DNA of 64,000 nt from NCBI GenBank assembly GCA_965248535.1, contig CBDFJR010000005.1:960001-1024000 (forward strand), in the 5' to 3' direction. Shown here piece after piece: positions 42,798-55,192 of the stretch. Within the stretch, counting starts at the first letter, position 1. Each line of letters starts with the position of its first letter. A model generated the notes under the pieces. It saw only the letters and a program-made list of their open reading frames with translations. It was not told where the DNA came from and ran no database searches. The translations under genes were made by a program, and so were the position numbers. The DNA is from Phormidesmis sp. (GTDB lineage Bacteria > Cyanobacteriota > Cyanobacteriia > Leptolyngbyales > Leptolyngbyaceae).

Positions 42798-43682
42798 GTG
42801 CTCATGGCTCTCACTAATCTTTTTCGCGTCCGATCGCTGACCCTTTCTGAACGCCCTAGCCTGTCATTGCAGATGATGCGCGTTGGGGCATTGCTAACGG
42901 TTTTGTTTGTCGGACTGGCGATCGTGGCTCCTCTCTTGCAGACAGTGGGTTGGCTGCAAAGTCCGATCGAGTTTCTCGACAATCTGCCCCATCAGCCCCC
43001 CTCGGCAACTCACTGGTTTGGCACCACAAATCTAGGCTATGACGTGTTTTCACGAACTCTCTATGGCACGCAGGCCGCCGTGCAGGTGGTGATTTTAGCA
43101 ACGGCCCTAAGTTTATTGATCGGGGTGCCCCTGGGCATGGTGAGCGGATATCTGGGCGGAAAGCTCGATCGCGTCCTGCTTTTCTGTATGGATACGATCT
43201 ATACACTGCCGGGACTGCTGCTCTCAGTCACCTTGGCGTTTGTGGTGGGGCGAGGCGTGTTGAATGCCGCGATCGCCCTCAGCATCGCCTATGTGCCCCA
43301 ATATTATCGCGTTGTGCGAAACCAGACGGTGAGCGTCAAAACCGAGCTATTTATCGAAGCGGCTCAGGCGATGGGAGCCTCCACTTGGCGAGTCTTGTCG
43401 CGCTACTTATTCTTAAACGTGATTCAAAGTGTGCCTGTGTTATTTACCCTCAACGCGGCGGACGCAATCTTGACCCTAGGAGGCTTGGGCTTTTTAGGAC
43501 TCGGCTTGCCCGATGAATTGGCCGAATGGGGACACGATTTGCGGGAAGCCTTGGACGCTCTTTCGACTGGGGGCATCTGGTGGACGGCGTTTTTTCCAGG
43601 CTTTGCCATGACGCTGATGGTGATTGGACTCTCGCTCTTAGGCGAAGGACTCAACGAACTCACCGAGCGCAAAGCGAGATAG
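42798..43682 (+). CDS. Peptide ABC transporter permease (DppC/OppC-like)
   Basis: HWFGTTNLGYDVFSR, EAA motif FIEAAQAMGAS. Confidence 0.9.
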   Translation: MLMALTNLFRVRSLTLSERPSLSLQMMRVGALLTVLFVGLAIVAPLLQTVGWLQSPIEFLDNLPHQPPSATHWFGTTNLGYDVFSRTLYGTQAAVQVVILATALSLLIGVPLGMVSGYLGGKLDRVLLFCMDTIYTLPGLLLSVTLAFVVGRGVLNAAIALSIAYVPQYYRVVRNQTVSVKTELFIEAAQAMGASTWRVLSRYLFLNVIQSVPVLFTLNAADAILTLGGLGFLGLGLPDELAEWGHDLREALDALSTGGIWWTAFFPGFAMTLMVIGLSLLGEGLNELTERKAR

Positions 43683-44000
43683 CTAAAACTCTTCTAAGAG
43701 CCACTCTGAAGCGCGTTCACCCAAATCGATCGCAATATTCACCGCTTTCCCCAACCGGGGCCGCTCACGGGTCTTTTCAATATAGGTTTGCACTTGCGCG
43801 ATCGCGCCCCAAGCCGTGATGTAGCCCGCAACCTGATCTAAATGCTCAACATAGTCGCCCTCCGACAGGGGAAACGACGCTTGCTCTAAGTATTTCCACA
43901 TGACTTGGACAAAGATTTTGCCCTGGGTTCGCCGAATTTGAAGATCATAAGAGCGACCCCATTTATTGACTAAAACCTGCCGAAGATCTGAACCAGTCAT
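43683..44000 (-). CDS. DUF3067 family protein
   Basis: KWGRSYDLQ, QVMWKYLEQASFPLSE, RPRLGKAV; divergent from petC. Confidence 0.85.
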   Translation of the reverse strand: MTGSDLRQVLVNKWGRSYDLQIRRTQGKIFVQVMWKYLEQASFPLSEGDYVEHLDQVAGYITAWGAIAQVQTYIEKTRERPRLGKAVNIAIDLGERASEWLLEEF

Positions 44001-44282
44001 GATGACGATCGCTGCAAAAGCTGTAACATTTCGTATAAATTTAAGACTCTAACCGTTAGCTATGATGCTAATGTTAAAGTTTGTATAATACACCTAAGAA
44101 AGGCTACAAACGACCGATTCAGAAGGATTTCTAGCATTTTTTGCGCTTAGAAAACCTTCATCAAAGCGCGATCGTAGCTCGTGTATCTCCCTAGATCTAA
44201 ATCCAGAGCTTTTAGACAAGCCCTGAGCGCCAATCTGCTGTGATTGATCGCAATACATCCCCGATATCTCTAGAGTGTAGAC

Positions 44283-44825
44283 ATGGCTCAACTAACTGGA
44301 CCCGCAGATGATGTCCCCAGCATGGGTCGTCGTCAATTTATGAACGTTTTGATGTTTGGCTCTGAGGCGCTCGTTGCCGCAGGTGCCTTATATCCAGTCA
44401 TTCAATATTTTATTCCGCCATCGAGCGGCAGTAGCTCTGGGGGTGTCACCGCCAAAGATGCTTTAGGGAACGACATCGTTCTCACCGACTATCTGACTAG
44501 CCACCCGGCAGGCGACCACTCGCTCGTGCAGGGCTTAAAAGGTGACCCCACCTATCTAGTGGTTGAAGAAGACAAAGCGATCGCCAACTATGGCATCAAT
44601 GCAGTCTGCACCCACCTCGGCTGCGTCGTTCCTTGGAACGCCAACGAGAACAAGTTTATGTGCCCCTGCCACGGCTCTCAATATGACAACACGGGCAAAG
44701 TGGTGCGCGGCCCCGCTCCTTTATCACTCGCCCTCGCCCACGCCACCGTTGAAGACAACAAAGTCACCCTCACCCCTTGGACTGAGACTGACTTCCGCAC
44801 CAACGAAGATCCCTGGTGGGCATAA
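44283..44825 (+). CDS. petC: Cytochrome b6f Rieske iron-sulfur subunit
   Basis: CTHLGC and CPCHGS boxes; GRRQFMN. Confidence 0.97.
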   Translation: MAQLTGPADDVPSMGRRQFMNVLMFGSEALVAAGALYPVIQYFIPPSSGSSSGGVTAKDALGNDIVLTDYLTSHPAGDHSLVQGLKGDPTYLVVEEDKAIANYGINAVCTHLGCVVPWNANENKFMCPCHGSQYDNTGKVVRGPAPLSLALAHATVEDNKVTLTPWTETDFRTNEDPWWA

Positions 44826-44860
44826 TTCAGGATTTGGGTTTTAGACTTCAGGTTTTGGTA

Positions 44861-44888
44861 GACTCCTGACTCCTAACCCCTGACTCCT
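44861..44888 (+). repeat. Heptamer short tandem repeat (STRR-like)
   Basis: GACTCCT GACTCCT AACCCCT GACTCCT between petC and petA. Confidence 0.65.
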
Positions 44889-44924
44889 TCTTCCGTTCCT
44901 TTGTTATCCTTTTATTCGCTAGAG

Positions 44925-45911
44925 ATGAGAACAAGCTTTTTATCGTCGATGTGGCTGCGTAGCACCCAAACCATGACCCAAAAGGCCATGGTCGCGATCG
45001 TCGCCCTTACCGTCTTGATCGCAGGCAGCCTTGCCCTGCCTCAAGCCGCGTCTGCTTATCCTTACTACGCTCAAGAAGCCTACAAAAACCCTCGTGAGGC
45101 AACCGGGCGCATTGTTTGCGCCAACTGTCACCTCGGCGCAAAACCCACCGAGGTCGAAGTGCCCCAATCGGTTTTGCCCAACACCGTGTTTGAAGCAGTG
45201 GTCAAAATTCCCTACGACACGAGCGTTCAGCAAGTTCAAGGCGACGGCAGCAAAGGCCCCTTAAACGTTGGCGCAGTGCTGATGTTGCCCGAAGGCTTTA
45301 AGCTAGCGCCCGAAGACCGCTTGACCGATGAGATGAAAGAGAAGATGGGCGAACTCTATGTTCAGTCCTACAGCGACGACCAGCCCAACATCTTAGTCGT
45401 TGGCCCGATTCCGGGTGAGCAATATCGGGAGATCACTTTCCCGATATTGTCTCCTGACCCCAAGAGCGATAAATCCATTCGCTTTGGCAAATATTCGGTG
45501 CACGTCGGCGGCAACCGCGGTCGGGGTCAGGTCTATCCCACGGGTGAAAAGAGCAACAACACGGTTTATAACGCTTCTGCAACAGGTCAAATTGCAGCGA
45601 TCGCCAAAACCGAAGAGGGCGGATTCACCGTCACCATCAAAGCGGCTGACAGCAAAACGATCAACGAAGTCATTCCGCCTGGCCCAGACCTGCTAGTCGC
45701 AGAAGGTCAAGAGGTCAAGTTGGGAGATGCGCTAACCAGCAACCCTAACGTGGGTGGCTTTGGTCAAGTTGACAAAGAAATCGTGTTGCAAAGCCCCAAC
45801 CGCATTAAAGGGTTGATGGCCTTCTTTGCCATGGTCACCGTAACTCAGATCATGCTGGTGTTGAAGAAGAAGCAAGTCGAAAGAGTGCAAGCTGCCGAGA
45901 TGAACTTCTAA
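44925..45911 (+). CDS. petA: Apocytochrome f
   Basis: YPYYAQ, CANCH heme motif, [17 protein letters not shown]. Confidence 0.97.
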   Translation: MRTSFLSSMWLRSTQTMTQKAMVAIVALTVLIAGSLALPQAASAYPYYAQEAYKNPREATGRIVCANCHLGAKPTEVEVPQSVLPNTVFEAVVKIPYDTSVQQVQGDGSKGPLNVGAVLMLPEGFKLAPEDRLTDEMKEKMGELYVQSYSDDQPNILVVGPIPGEQYREITFPILSPDPKSDKSIRFGKYSVHVGGNRGRGQVYPTGEKSNNTVYNASATGQIAAIAKTEEGGFTVTIKAADSKTINEVIPPGPDLLVAEGQEVKLGDALTSNPNVGGFGQVDKEIVLQSPNRIKGLMAFFAMVTVTQIMLVLKKKQVERVQAAEMNF

Positions 45912-45970
45912 CCATGAATTTCTAACACAGCAGCGAGTTGAGGTGAAAAACTCACCAAATTCATGATTTT

Positions 45971-46000
45971 GGGATGGGCTAGTGGCTCATCCCTTTTTTT
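45971..46000 (+). terminator. petCA intrinsic terminator
   Basis: GGGATGGGC-TAGTG-GCTCATCCC followed by TTTTTTT. Confidence 0.8.
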
Positions 46001-46062
46001 GGGTTGGATTCAAATTCGGCGATCGCCGCCGCCCGACCTTGCCGTTCCCCTAAAGGACGTTT

Positions 46063-46515
46063 TTAAGAGCGACTTGGCTGGCTCGATCGCTCTGCATACT
46101 GTTTCAACTCCCAGGCCATTCGCTGAATGCCTTGCTGTTCATCTCGACGAATAAACGGCAGAAACAGCTTAGTCAAGGGGCCAGAGAAGCGGTCTTGATG
46201 GATGTATTTTGTGCGATTTCTGCCGATATCCTGCAACTCAAAGACGTGCTCATTGCGAAAACCTGGAATCGTTGCAACCCACCGCAGACAGACGTTAGGC
46301 TGCACCAGAGTCACCAGGGGTTGAAACTCGATCGGGTCTTCACCCAGCCCCCGGCGCAGAGACAGCACCGTCTCCTGACCTTGAATCAAAGGACGGTGAG
46401 AATCGCAGTCATATAAAAAGGTGTTCCAATATTTCCAGCGATCTTTTTGAACCAGAATCCGCCAGACCCCAGATTTGGGCGCGTCAATCTCGATTTCGGT
46501 ATAAAGACTCGGCAT
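46063..46515 (-). CDS. SRPBCC/polyketide cyclase family protein
   Basis: TEIEIDAP...VW...WN, LRW...EHVFEL...FSG. Confidence 0.8.
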   Translation of the reverse strand: MPSLYTEIEIDAPKSGVWRILVQKDRWKYWNTFLYDCDSHRPLIQGQETVLSLRRGLGEDPIEFQPLVTLVQPNVCLRWVATIPGFRNEHVFELQDIGRNRTKYIHQDRFSGPLTKLFLPFIRRDEQQGIQRMAWELKQYAERSSQPSRS

Positions 46516-46529
46516 TCAGCCCACCCTGC

Positions 46530-47276
46530 TCACCCTGCCACTGAAGACTCAACCCCTTCTTCAACATTGCCTGTGCTGGGCAACTCTAGACAATAGCCCG
46601 CCCCATAGACCGTTTTAATAAACCGGGGGTGACGCGGCTCTGGCTCTAGCTTAGTTCTCAAATGACGAACGTGAACCCGAATCGTTTCAATATCGTCATC
46701 GGGGTCATAGCCCCAGACCTCTTTGAGAATCTCGCTCGGAGAAACCGTCTGACCGTGACGCTGAAGCAGGCAGTGCAAAAGCTCAAACTCTAGGTGAGTC
46801 AGCTTCACCGTTTTATCAAACCAAATGGCTTCAAACCGTTCGGGCACTAAAACGAGCGGGCCATAGCTAAGAATCTCGCTGTGCTTTGCCGCTTGCGGAA
46901 TGCGATCGGTGCGCCGCAGCAGTGCCCGCACTCGCGCCAGCAGTTCTTCGACCTCAAAGGGTTTGGTCAGATAGTCGTCTGCCCCTGCATTAAAGCCTTC
47001 AACTTTGTTTTGCGTCAGCCCCAGCGCCGTCAGCATCAACACGGGAATATCGGAGGTGCGATCGTCGCGGCGCAGTCTTTGACAAATAGTGAAGCCATCT
47101 ACCTGGGGCAGCATCAGATCAAGCATGATCAGATCAGGCTGAATTTGCAACGCTAGGGCTTGACCACGAATGCCATCACCTGCCTGCGTGACATCATAGC
47201 CAGCCATTTCAAGATTGACAGCAACTAGTTCTGAGATAGCAGGGTCATCGTCGATGACGAGTATCCGGGGCATCAT
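46530..47276 (-). CDS. rpaA: OmpR-family response regulator RpaA
   Basis: [25 protein letters not shown]...[18 protein letters not shown]...[20 protein letters not shown]. Confidence 0.92.
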   Translation of the reverse strand: MMPRILVIDDDPAISELVAVNLEMAGYDVTQAGDGIRGQALALQIQPDLIMLDLMLPQVDGFTICQRLRRDDRTSDIPVLMLTALGLTQNKVEGFNAGADDYLTKPFEVEELLARVRALLRRTDRIPQAAKHSEILSYGPLVLVPERFEAIWFDKTVKLTHLEFELLHCLLQRHGQTVSPSEILKEVWGYDPDDDIETIRVHVRHLRTKLEPEPRHPRFIKTVYGAGYCLELPSTGNVEEGVESSVAG

Positions 47277-47435
47277 TAAATCGTTCTACTAAACTACTTG
47301 AGCGGCGCGATCGTCGGAAATCAACCAGAGGCTTGTGAAGTTTCCTGTTCAGATTATACGCAATGATTACAAATCCTCCTCGCCATAGGCTTTGATTTTG
47401 AGTCTAGAATTCTGGCTTTGTGGAGTTCGCGATGA

Positions 47436-48695
47436 TTGAGGGCAGGCGAGACTAGTAGATTCGCACGAGAGCCGCTATACTTAGGCGCTTGGATAGTGCC
47501 ACATCAAAATTTTTTGGGGTTCGTCGTGTTTTTTTTGCTCTTTTTTGCACTGATCAGTTCGCTGATTGCTCTGCGGATTTTTATCGGCAATCTGCATCGG
47601 CACCTGGCAGAAGCGACGCAGATATCCCCCGTTTTGGCTGATCGCGATCGGACAAATCTGCCCTCGGTTTCGATCGTGATCCCCGCGTTTAACGAGGCCG
47701 AAAACATTCGAGATTGTGTAAATGCAGTGCTCAACAGTTCTGATAACCCACAGCTAGAGGTTTGGGTGGTCGATGATCAGTCATCGGATGAGACTCTGGC
47801 GATCGTGCAGTCCATAACCGACCCGCGAGTGCAGGTGTTAGCCGGAAAGTCTCGCCCCGCCGATGAAGGATGGGTGGGCAAAAACTGGGCCTGTGCTCAA
47901 GTGGCTCCGCTGGTGACGGGAGAATTTTTGCTGTTTATCGATGCCGATGTGCAGCTTAAACGGGGCGCGATCGAGACCGCCGTGGCCGTGGCCGAGAGAG
48001 AGCAAGCCGACCTGCTGACGTTTTGGATGACGATCGTCTGTGTCCATTGGAGTGAATGGCTAGCTCAACCGATCATTGCCAGTTTGTTTGCGGCTGGCTA
48101 TAGTTTTGCTGAGGTTTGCGATCCTGATCATGAATCTGTCTTTGCAGTAGGGCCCTTTATGCTATTTCGCCGCAGCGCCTATGAGCAAATTGGCGGGCAT
48201 CGATCGGTGGCCCGCGAGGTGGTTGAGGATGTGCAGCTAGGGCGACGCATCAAACAACACGGACTGAAGCTGTGGTATGGCTTGGGGCACGACATGGCCG
48301 ACGTGAGAATGTATCGTTCGTTCTCTGCCCTCTGGGAAGGCTGGACTAAAAACTGGTATATCGGCACTAATCGCAATCTCAGACAGATCTTATATATTGC
48401 CTTTGTGACCCTTTTAGTGTTCACAGTTCCCTGGTTAGGTCTGACGATCGCGATCGTGCACCTCTTTGAGTCGGTCAACGGGTGGGATCTTAGTCTGTTT
48501 GTGGTTGCGCTGATCGCGATCGTCCTGCACTATGATTTGCGTCGCCTCACCCAAAAATTCTCTAACATTCCGCCTCGCTATTGGTGGTTAAGCGGCATCG
48601 GTGGGGTTTTGGTCAGCGCGATCGCCATCGTTTCCATCATCAAAACCGAAACAGGCTGGGGCTGGACGTGGCGAGGACGCAACCTATCGAATTGA
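47436..48695 (+). CDS. Family 2 glycosyltransferase (true start probably about 30 codons downstream)
   Basis: IPAFNE, VDDQSSD, GWVGKNWAC, FIDAD, VEDVQLGR; C-terminal TMs. Confidence 0.85.
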   Translation: MRAGETSRFAREPLYLGAWIVPHQNFLGFVVFFLLFFALISSLIALRIFIGNLHRHLAEATQISPVLADRDRTNLPSVSIVIPAFNEAENIRDCVNAVLNSSDNPQLEVWVVDDQSSDETLAIVQSITDPRVQVLAGKSRPADEGWVGKNWACAQVAPLVTGEFLLFIDADVQLKRGAIETAVAVAEREQADLLTFWMTIVCVHWSEWLAQPIIASLFAAGYSFAEVCDPDHESVFAVGPFMLFRRSAYEQIGGHRSVAREVVEDVQLGRRIKQHGLKLWYGLGHDMADVRMYRSFSALWEGWTKNWYIGTNRNLRQILYIAFVTLLVFTVPWLGLTIAIVHLFESVNGWDLSLFVVALIAIVLHYDLRRLTQKFSNIPPRYWWLSGIGGVLVSAIAIVSIIKTETGWGWTWRGRNLSN

Positions 48696-48719
48696 AAAAG
48701 CTCTTTCAGGTCTACTATC

Positions 48720-50906
48720 ATGCACTTCGATCCCGTGGTTCAGGTTCTCATCCAGGTTTTGATTGTCATCGGTCTGTCGCGACTGGTGGGGTTGGCGTTT
48801 CGACGCATCAAACAGCCGTTGGTGATTGGCGAAATCGTGGCCGGAATCATGCTGGGGCCGTCGCTGTTTGGGGCGATCGCTCCCGATGCGGCGGCGGCCC
48901 TGTTTACGCCAGAAACCATTCCCTATCTGGGGGTGCTGTCGCAAATCGGGCTGATCTTTTTCATGTTTTTGATTGGGTTAGAGCTAGATCCCAAATATCT
49001 CAAAAATGGGTTAAACGTCGCGGTGCTGGTTTCCCACATCAGCATTCTTGTGCCTTTTTCATTGGGAACTTTACTTTCGCTGCTGCTCTATCCTCAAGTG
49101 TCGAATGATAGCGTGTCGTTTACGGCGTTTGCGCTATTTTTGGGGGCGGCCATGTCGATTACGGCCTTCCCGGTGCTGGCGAGAATTATTACTGAAAATA
49201 ATTTGCAAAATAGTCGCCTAGGAGCGCTAGCCCTCACCTGTGCCGCCGTCGATGATGTCACCGCTTGGTGTCTGCTGGCGTTAGCGATCGCCGTCACCCG
49301 CACCAACTCCATGGCAGGGGCGATTCCCACGATCGTGGAGTCGGTGATCTACATTGGCTTGATGGCGACTCTGGGGCGCAGCTTGCTCAAGCATCTGGCC
49401 CACTACTACGATCGCGCTCAAAAACTCAATCAAACCGTTGTCGCGCTGATCTATATGGGAGTCGTGCTTTCAGCGCTGATTACTGAATTGATTGGCATTC
49501 ACCTGATTTTTGGGGCCTTTTTGTTTGGCGCGATCATGCCCAAACATGAAGGGTTAACGCGAGAACTAGCGCAAAAAACAGAAGATTTTGTGCTGACGTT
49601 CCTGCTGCCGATTTTCTTTGCCTACAGCGGCTTACGCACTCAGGTCGGCTTGCTCAACCGTCCGATTTTGTGGGGGCTGTGCTTGCTGGTGGTAGCTGTG
49701 GCGATCTTGGGCAAATATTTCGGCACCTATATTGCGGCCAGAGTCTCAGGCATCGACAAACGAGAATCCTCTGCCTTGGCCTGGTTGATGAATACTCGCG
49801 GGCTAACCGAGCTAATCGTGCTCAATATTGGATTGAGTTTGGGCGTGATTTCGCCATTGCTGTTCACCATGCTGGTGATTATGGCGCTGGTCACCACCTT
49901 TATGACCTCACCCCTGCTAGAACTCACCTATCCCAAACATCAAATTCGCAAAAACACCGCCGAACCTGCTGTAGACGATCGCTCGCCCGCTTATCGAATT
50001 TTAGTGCCGATCGCTAACCCCAGCAGTCAGAGAGGCTTGATTCAGCTAGCGGTAACGATCGCGGTGGGCAATGTGCCACTGCAACCGCATCAACAGCCCG
50101 CGATCGTGTCTCCCCTCAGCCTGATTCAGCTAGGCGAAGATTATGTCTATGAAAGCACCCCCGCCGAAGCTGATCGCTTGATTGCGCTGCGGCAAACGCA
50201 ACTCGATGAGCTAGTGCAAAGCATTGAGCCGCCTGACTATCGCAGTTTAGTGCGTCCGATTATTCAAGTCGCTAACGATGTCGCCAGAGCCACGGCAAAT
50301 ATTGCTATCCGCGATCAGGTAGATTTAGTCGTCGTCGGCTGGCACCGCCCAGCGTTTAGCAGCAATCGCCTGGGGGGGCGAGTCGGACAAATTCTCAGCA
50401 CCGCTCCGGTCGATGTCGCGGTGTATATCGATCGTCAAACGACCAAGCTCGAACGGCTCCTGCTCCCCTACGTTTCCAACGTTCACACCGATTTAGGGTT
50501 AGAACTGGCGCTGCGACTGCTGATCAACTGCGAAAATAGTCACTTAACCATTTTGCGAATGGCATCAGCCGACCAGCCGCCCTGTGAGTTGAGCTATGAG
50601 TTTTATAATTTGATCGAGCGTCTGCCCCAGCAAGTCGTCGATCGCATCTCAATGCCCATTATTGAGGCCCCTAGCCCGATTTTAGCGGTGGTCGATGCCT
50701 CTAGAATGGCCGATCTGACGATCGCCGGAGCCAGCCGAGAATGGGGACTCGATCGCCAAACTCTGGGGCGATATGCCGATGAGTTGGCCGTGCGCTGCCG
50801 CTCTTCGCTGCTGATCACGCGCCGATACAATGAGGTCGCCTCCCATCTGACCTCGGTGTTAGAAAGTCCTGGAATTGAGTCAATGAGGAGCCGCGAATCA
50901 TCATGA
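48720..50906 (+). CDS. CPA2 cation/H+ antiporter with USP-like C-terminal region
   Basis: QPLVIGEIVAGIMLGPS, SITAFPVLARI, AVDD, LMNTRGLTE. Confidence 0.9.
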   Translation: MHFDPVVQVLIQVLIVIGLSRLVGLAFRRIKQPLVIGEIVAGIMLGPSLFGAIAPDAAAALFTPETIPYLGVLSQIGLIFFMFLIGLELDPKYLKNGLNVAVLVSHISILVPFSLGTLLSLLLYPQVSNDSVSFTAFALFLGAAMSITAFPVLARIITENNLQNSRLGALALTCAAVDDVTAWCLLALAIAVTRTNSMAGAIPTIVESVIYIGLMATLGRSLLKHLAHYYDRAQKLNQTVVALIYMGVVLSALITELIGIHLIFGAFLFGAIMPKHEGLTRELAQKTEDFVLTFLLPIFFAYSGLRTQVGLLNRPILWGLCLLVVAVAILGKYFGTYIAARVSGIDKRESSALAWLMNTRGLTELIVLNIGLSLGVISPLLFTMLVIMALVTTFMTSPLLELTYPKHQIRKNTAEPAVDDRSPAYRILVPIANPSSQRGLIQLAVTIAVGNVPLQPHQQPAIVSPLSLIQLGEDYVYESTPAEADRLIALRQTQLDELVQSIEPPDYRSLVRPIIQVANDVARATANIAIRDQVDLVVVGWHRPAFSSNRLGGRVGQILSTAPVDVAVYIDRQTTKLERLLLPYVSNVHTDLGLELALRLLINCENSHLTILRMASADQPPCELSYEFYNLIERLPQQVVDRISMPIIEAPSPILAVVDASRMADLTIAGASREWGLDRQTLGRYADELAVRCRSSLLITRRYNEVASHLTSVLESPGIESMRSRESS

Positions 50907-51382
50907 AATTCTTCAATCTCACCTCTCTCACGTTCTATGCAGGCTCGATCGCGGCAGTCGTAGCGCTGTTTAGTTTTGCCACCTCCTACGGTGAGGCCCA
51001 TCTCAAAGCACCGACCAAGCTAGACGGTCGATATCGCATTGCAGCGCAAAACCTGCCCGGATGCCTCAAGGCAGAGTCTTTAATTCTCACCCTTCAGCAA
51101 TCAGGACTCTATCTCAGCGGCTCGGTGTTGAATGGCGATGAGACCGACAAGACGCTGACCGCTTCTAAGAAAAAACCCTCACTGACGGGAACGCTCGATC
51201 GCGATCAACTGACGTTATCGGGCATTCCTTCTCACTTAGAGGCGTGTCAAAAAAATGCTCAAGCTCACGAAGTCACGATTCGAGGCAGTGTCACCGACGG
51301 CGTGATCAAAGGCACCCTGCGCCTAGAGTCTGGCGCTGCTGGAGTAGAGTTTGTTGGCAAACGAGAAGCGCCGTCAAACTAG
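50903..51382 (+). CDS. Hypothetical protein, translationally coupled to the antiporter
   Basis: ATGA overlap with the antiporter stop; N-terminal TM. Confidence 0.7.
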   Translation: MKFFNLTSLTFYAGSIAAVVALFSFATSYGEAHLKAPTKLDGRYRIAAQNLPGCLKAESLILTLQQSGLYLSGSVLNGDETDKTLTASKKKPSLTGTLDRDQLTLSGIPSHLEACQKNAQAHEVTIRGSVTDGVIKGTLRLESGAAGVEFVGKREAPSN

Positions 51383-51826
51383 CTGAAACTCCTTTAACGC
51401 AGGCAAAAAGTTATTATTTTCGTGACCAGAACGACTTAATTTGATCAAGGCAAATCGCCGTAGAGGAGTCAGCAACGCCCACTGCGATGGCGACAAACTC
51501 ACGCCTACCTCTTGCGCTGCTTTTTGCACACTGTCAGGGATGGTTGTGGTGTTTTCCCAGTCGGGGTGAGGGTCGATCGCTAAATCTGTCGCGGTGTCTC
51601 CGGTGCGCTGCAAAACCAGGTCATGGAGGAGGGCGCGATAGTCCGCAATTTCGGGTTCTAGACGGCACGGGGTGTCTACTAACCGTTGACGATCGTGCTG
51701 GTCAAATTTATTCCACTGGGGCAGCTTTAATTTAACTCCGCAGGTGTCTAGCTTGAGCCGCACCTGCATCGGCACGCAGCGCAGAGACTCCACAAAATCC
51801 GCTTCAAACTGAAAAAATTCTTCCAT
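51374..51826 (-). CDS. narM: Nitrate reductase associated protein (NarM-like)
   Basis: FFQFEADFVESLRCVPMQVRLKLD...RFALIKLSRSGHENNNF. Confidence 0.85.
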   Translation of the reverse strand: MEEFFQFEADFVESLRCVPMQVRLKLDTCGVKLKLPQWNKFDQHDRQRLVDTPCRLEPEIADYRALLHDLVLQRTGDTATDLAIDPHPDWENTTTIPDSVQKAAQEVGVSLSPSQWALLTPLRRFALIKLSRSGHENNNFLPALKEFQLV

Positions 51827-51834
51827 GATCGTGA

Positions 51835-52326
51835 CTAAGAGGGACTCTGTTTTAGGTTAGCGCGACGAATAATCCAATAGCCTACCGACAGCGAGAGAAT
51901 CGCAACGCCTAACCCAATGATTTCGAGTCCAGACGTTTTGCTTAAATCTAAAATAATAATTTTTCGCGCCACTGCAATTAATGAAGTGATGATCACAAGC
52001 TCAACTTGAATCACATGCTTTTTAAGATAGGCGGTGATATTTTCTAAAATCTCTAGGGCAATTAAAATATTTAGAAAAAGCCCAAATATCTTAAACAGCA
52101 CCTCGCTAAATCGCGTGTGATCGGGCAAAGTCGCTTCATTCCACAATTCTTGCATTAAAAAAATGCCGAGATCAAAGACGGCAGCGATCGTCACCAGCAC
52201 CATCATGATCGAAAGTAGCTTTGAGACGACACTCTCAATGCTTTCTAACCCATGCAGAAAGGTTTGATCTTCAACGCAGGCGATCGTGCGCCTCACCAGT
52301 TGTTTCAGCAGCCTCATAAGTCTCAC
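51835..52326 (-). CDS. PsiE family membrane protein
   Basis: ILIALEILENITAYL...TSLIAVARKIIILD. Confidence 0.85.
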   Translation of the reverse strand: MRLMRLLKQLVRRTIACVEDQTFLHGLESIESVVSKLLSIMMVLVTIAAVFDLGIFLMQELWNEATLPDHTRFSEVLFKIFGLFLNILIALEILENITAYLKKHVIQVELVIITSLIAVARKIIILDLSKTSGLEIIGLGVAILSLSVGYWIIRRANLKQSPS

Positions 52327-52477
52327 CCAGATGAACCAATGCTGTCAGAATACTGGTCAACGGGGACGGCTAGCCGGATTTTTGCCCGATCGCTTAATGA
52401 ATTTGCTCAATCTCACGATAAGAAAGGGGCAGCGTTAACTCCCCCTTGTTGATGATTAAGTTTCGTTTGATATCGAT

Positions 52478-52615
52478 CTATCTAAAACCGACGGCTGCTT
52501 GCCAAACAAAAGCCAGCAGCAAAAAGAAAACGGGAATTACGGGCAGAACGTCCACCAAGGGATCAAAGATGGCGTAAGCTTCGGGCAGTTTTGCCAAGAG
52601 CAGGGCTGCTTCCAT
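52478..52615 (-). CDS. psbK: Photosystem II reaction centre protein K
   Basis: Not in ORF track; manual translation [45 protein letters not shown]. Confidence 0.97.
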   Translation of the reverse strand: MEAALLLAKLPEAYAIFDPLVDVLPVIPVFFLLLAFVWQAAVGFR

Positions 52616-52685
52616 GAATCGATTGCCTCTCCAACACAGAACTCATAATTGACACTCATTTTAACATGGTCAGGGTTTTTCAAAA

Positions 52686-53831
<1,146 letters not shown>

Positions 53832-53855
53832 CTAAAGGCAGAATCTGCGATCGCT

Positions 53856-54305
53856 CTAAAAAGCATCGTCGTCATCAATCTGCACATCCCACCCGGCCGA
53901 GAGAACTTCAGACACCATGGCTTCTAGCGCGGCGGCGTTGATGCTGCGACCCGGATGCTGCAAGGGATTAGAGAGCGGAATCAGCCGCAGTTGACGGCTA
54001 TCTTGAATTAAATCAAAATAAGTCTCTTGCTCTGGTGACTGACTTAGCTCTAAATAATCAAAGCTGTGAACATTGATGTAGAGGGCGTGATTTGCAATTA
54101 ACGTCGCCCGTTGGACATTGGCAAACACTTCTAAAAGGCAGCCTTCGCCCTGACTGGTGATAGCACCGTCTTGGGTGTGAATGTAACGAACTCGATTCAG
54201 ATCGGTCAGCAGACGATGCATATCCCGCTTATCAACGATCGTGCCTACGTCGATGATGCAAGGGGCTGGAAGCCTTGTGGCGCGAGAAGACTGGTCATGA
54301 CTCAT
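53856..54305 (-). CDS. Conserved hypothetical cyanobacterial protein
   Basis: PAPCIIDVG...ATLIANHALYINVHSFDYL; likely ATG at 54305. Confidence 0.7.
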   Translation of the reverse strand: MSHDQSSRATRLPAPCIIDVGTIVDKRDMHRLLTDLNRVRYIHTQDGAITSQGEGCLLEVFANVQRATLIANHALYINVHSFDYLELSQSPEQETYFDLIQDSRQLRLIPLSNPLQHPGRSINAAALEAMVSEVLSAGWDVQIDDDDAF

Positions 54306-54436
54306 ATCTGGAAAGCCCTTAGTTTTGCTGACCCTGAGTAGAGAACTCTCTACAGTCATTATGGCTGGAAAAATCAATCTACAGCTTTAAACAGAGTGTG
54401 AAGAGTTTAAATTCTATTAAGGGAGGGCGGCAAAAA

Positions 54437-55192
54437 ATGGGATCAGTGATCAAAGGGCTATTGCAGCAAATCGTTGCGGGCATTGCATTCTACACCTGTC
54501 TCCCCGTCCCGGTGGCCTATGCTTTAGAGTTTAGCGGCATCGCTCGCATCGCCCCGATCGTCGGGTTGCTGATTGGGGGACTTTTAGGACTTTTAGACGG
54601 AGGACTGGATTGGGTAGGGATGCCGACGTTGACCCGCAGCGCGATCGTGGTGGGCGCTTGGGTCGCCATCACCGGGGGCTTGCATCTAGATGGCGTGATC
54701 GACAGCGCCGATGGATTGGCGGTGACTGATCCCGATCGTCGGCTCGAAGTCATGGTAGACAGCGCGACGGGAGCTTTTGGGGCAATGGCAGGAATTCTGG
54801 TCTTATTGCTCAAAACGGCTGCTCTGAGTGACTTATCGACCGATCGGGTTTTCTTATTAATGACAGCAGCTAGTTGGGGGCGCTGGGGCCAACTCGTCGC
54901 GATCGCTCGATTCCCCTATCTCAAGCCAACTGGAAAGGGGGCCTTTCACAAAGCCTCGATTCAGTCACTCTGGGCGGCGTTGCCCACGCTTTTGCTGCTA
55001 ATTGGATTAGAAATCTTTATTTGGCACGATCGCCCGTTTCTAGCGGCAGTCGCAACTGTGGGCGGCATGACGATCGCCATTCTCACCGGGGCATGGTTTA
55101 ATCACCAACTAGGCGGACAAACCGGAGACACTTATGGGGCGATCGTCGAATGGACAGAAGCCCTGTTTCTCTGCTTAGTGACTGTGATTTGA
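54437..55192 (+). CDS. cobS: Adenosylcobinamide-GDP ribazoletransferase
   Basis: TGGLHLDG..DSADG, GGQTGDTYGA. Confidence 0.93.
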   Translation: MGSVIKGLLQQIVAGIAFYTCLPVPVAYALEFSGIARIAPIVGLLIGGLLGLLDGGLDWVGMPTLTRSAIVVGAWVAITGGLHLDGVIDSADGLAVTDPDRRLEVMVDSATGAFGAMAGILVLLLKTAALSDLSTDRVFLLMTAASWGRWGQLVAIARFPYLKPTGKGAFHKASIQSLWAALPTLLLLIGLEIFIWHDRPFLAAVATVGGMTIAILTGAWFNHQLGGQTGDTYGAIVEWTEALFLCLVTVI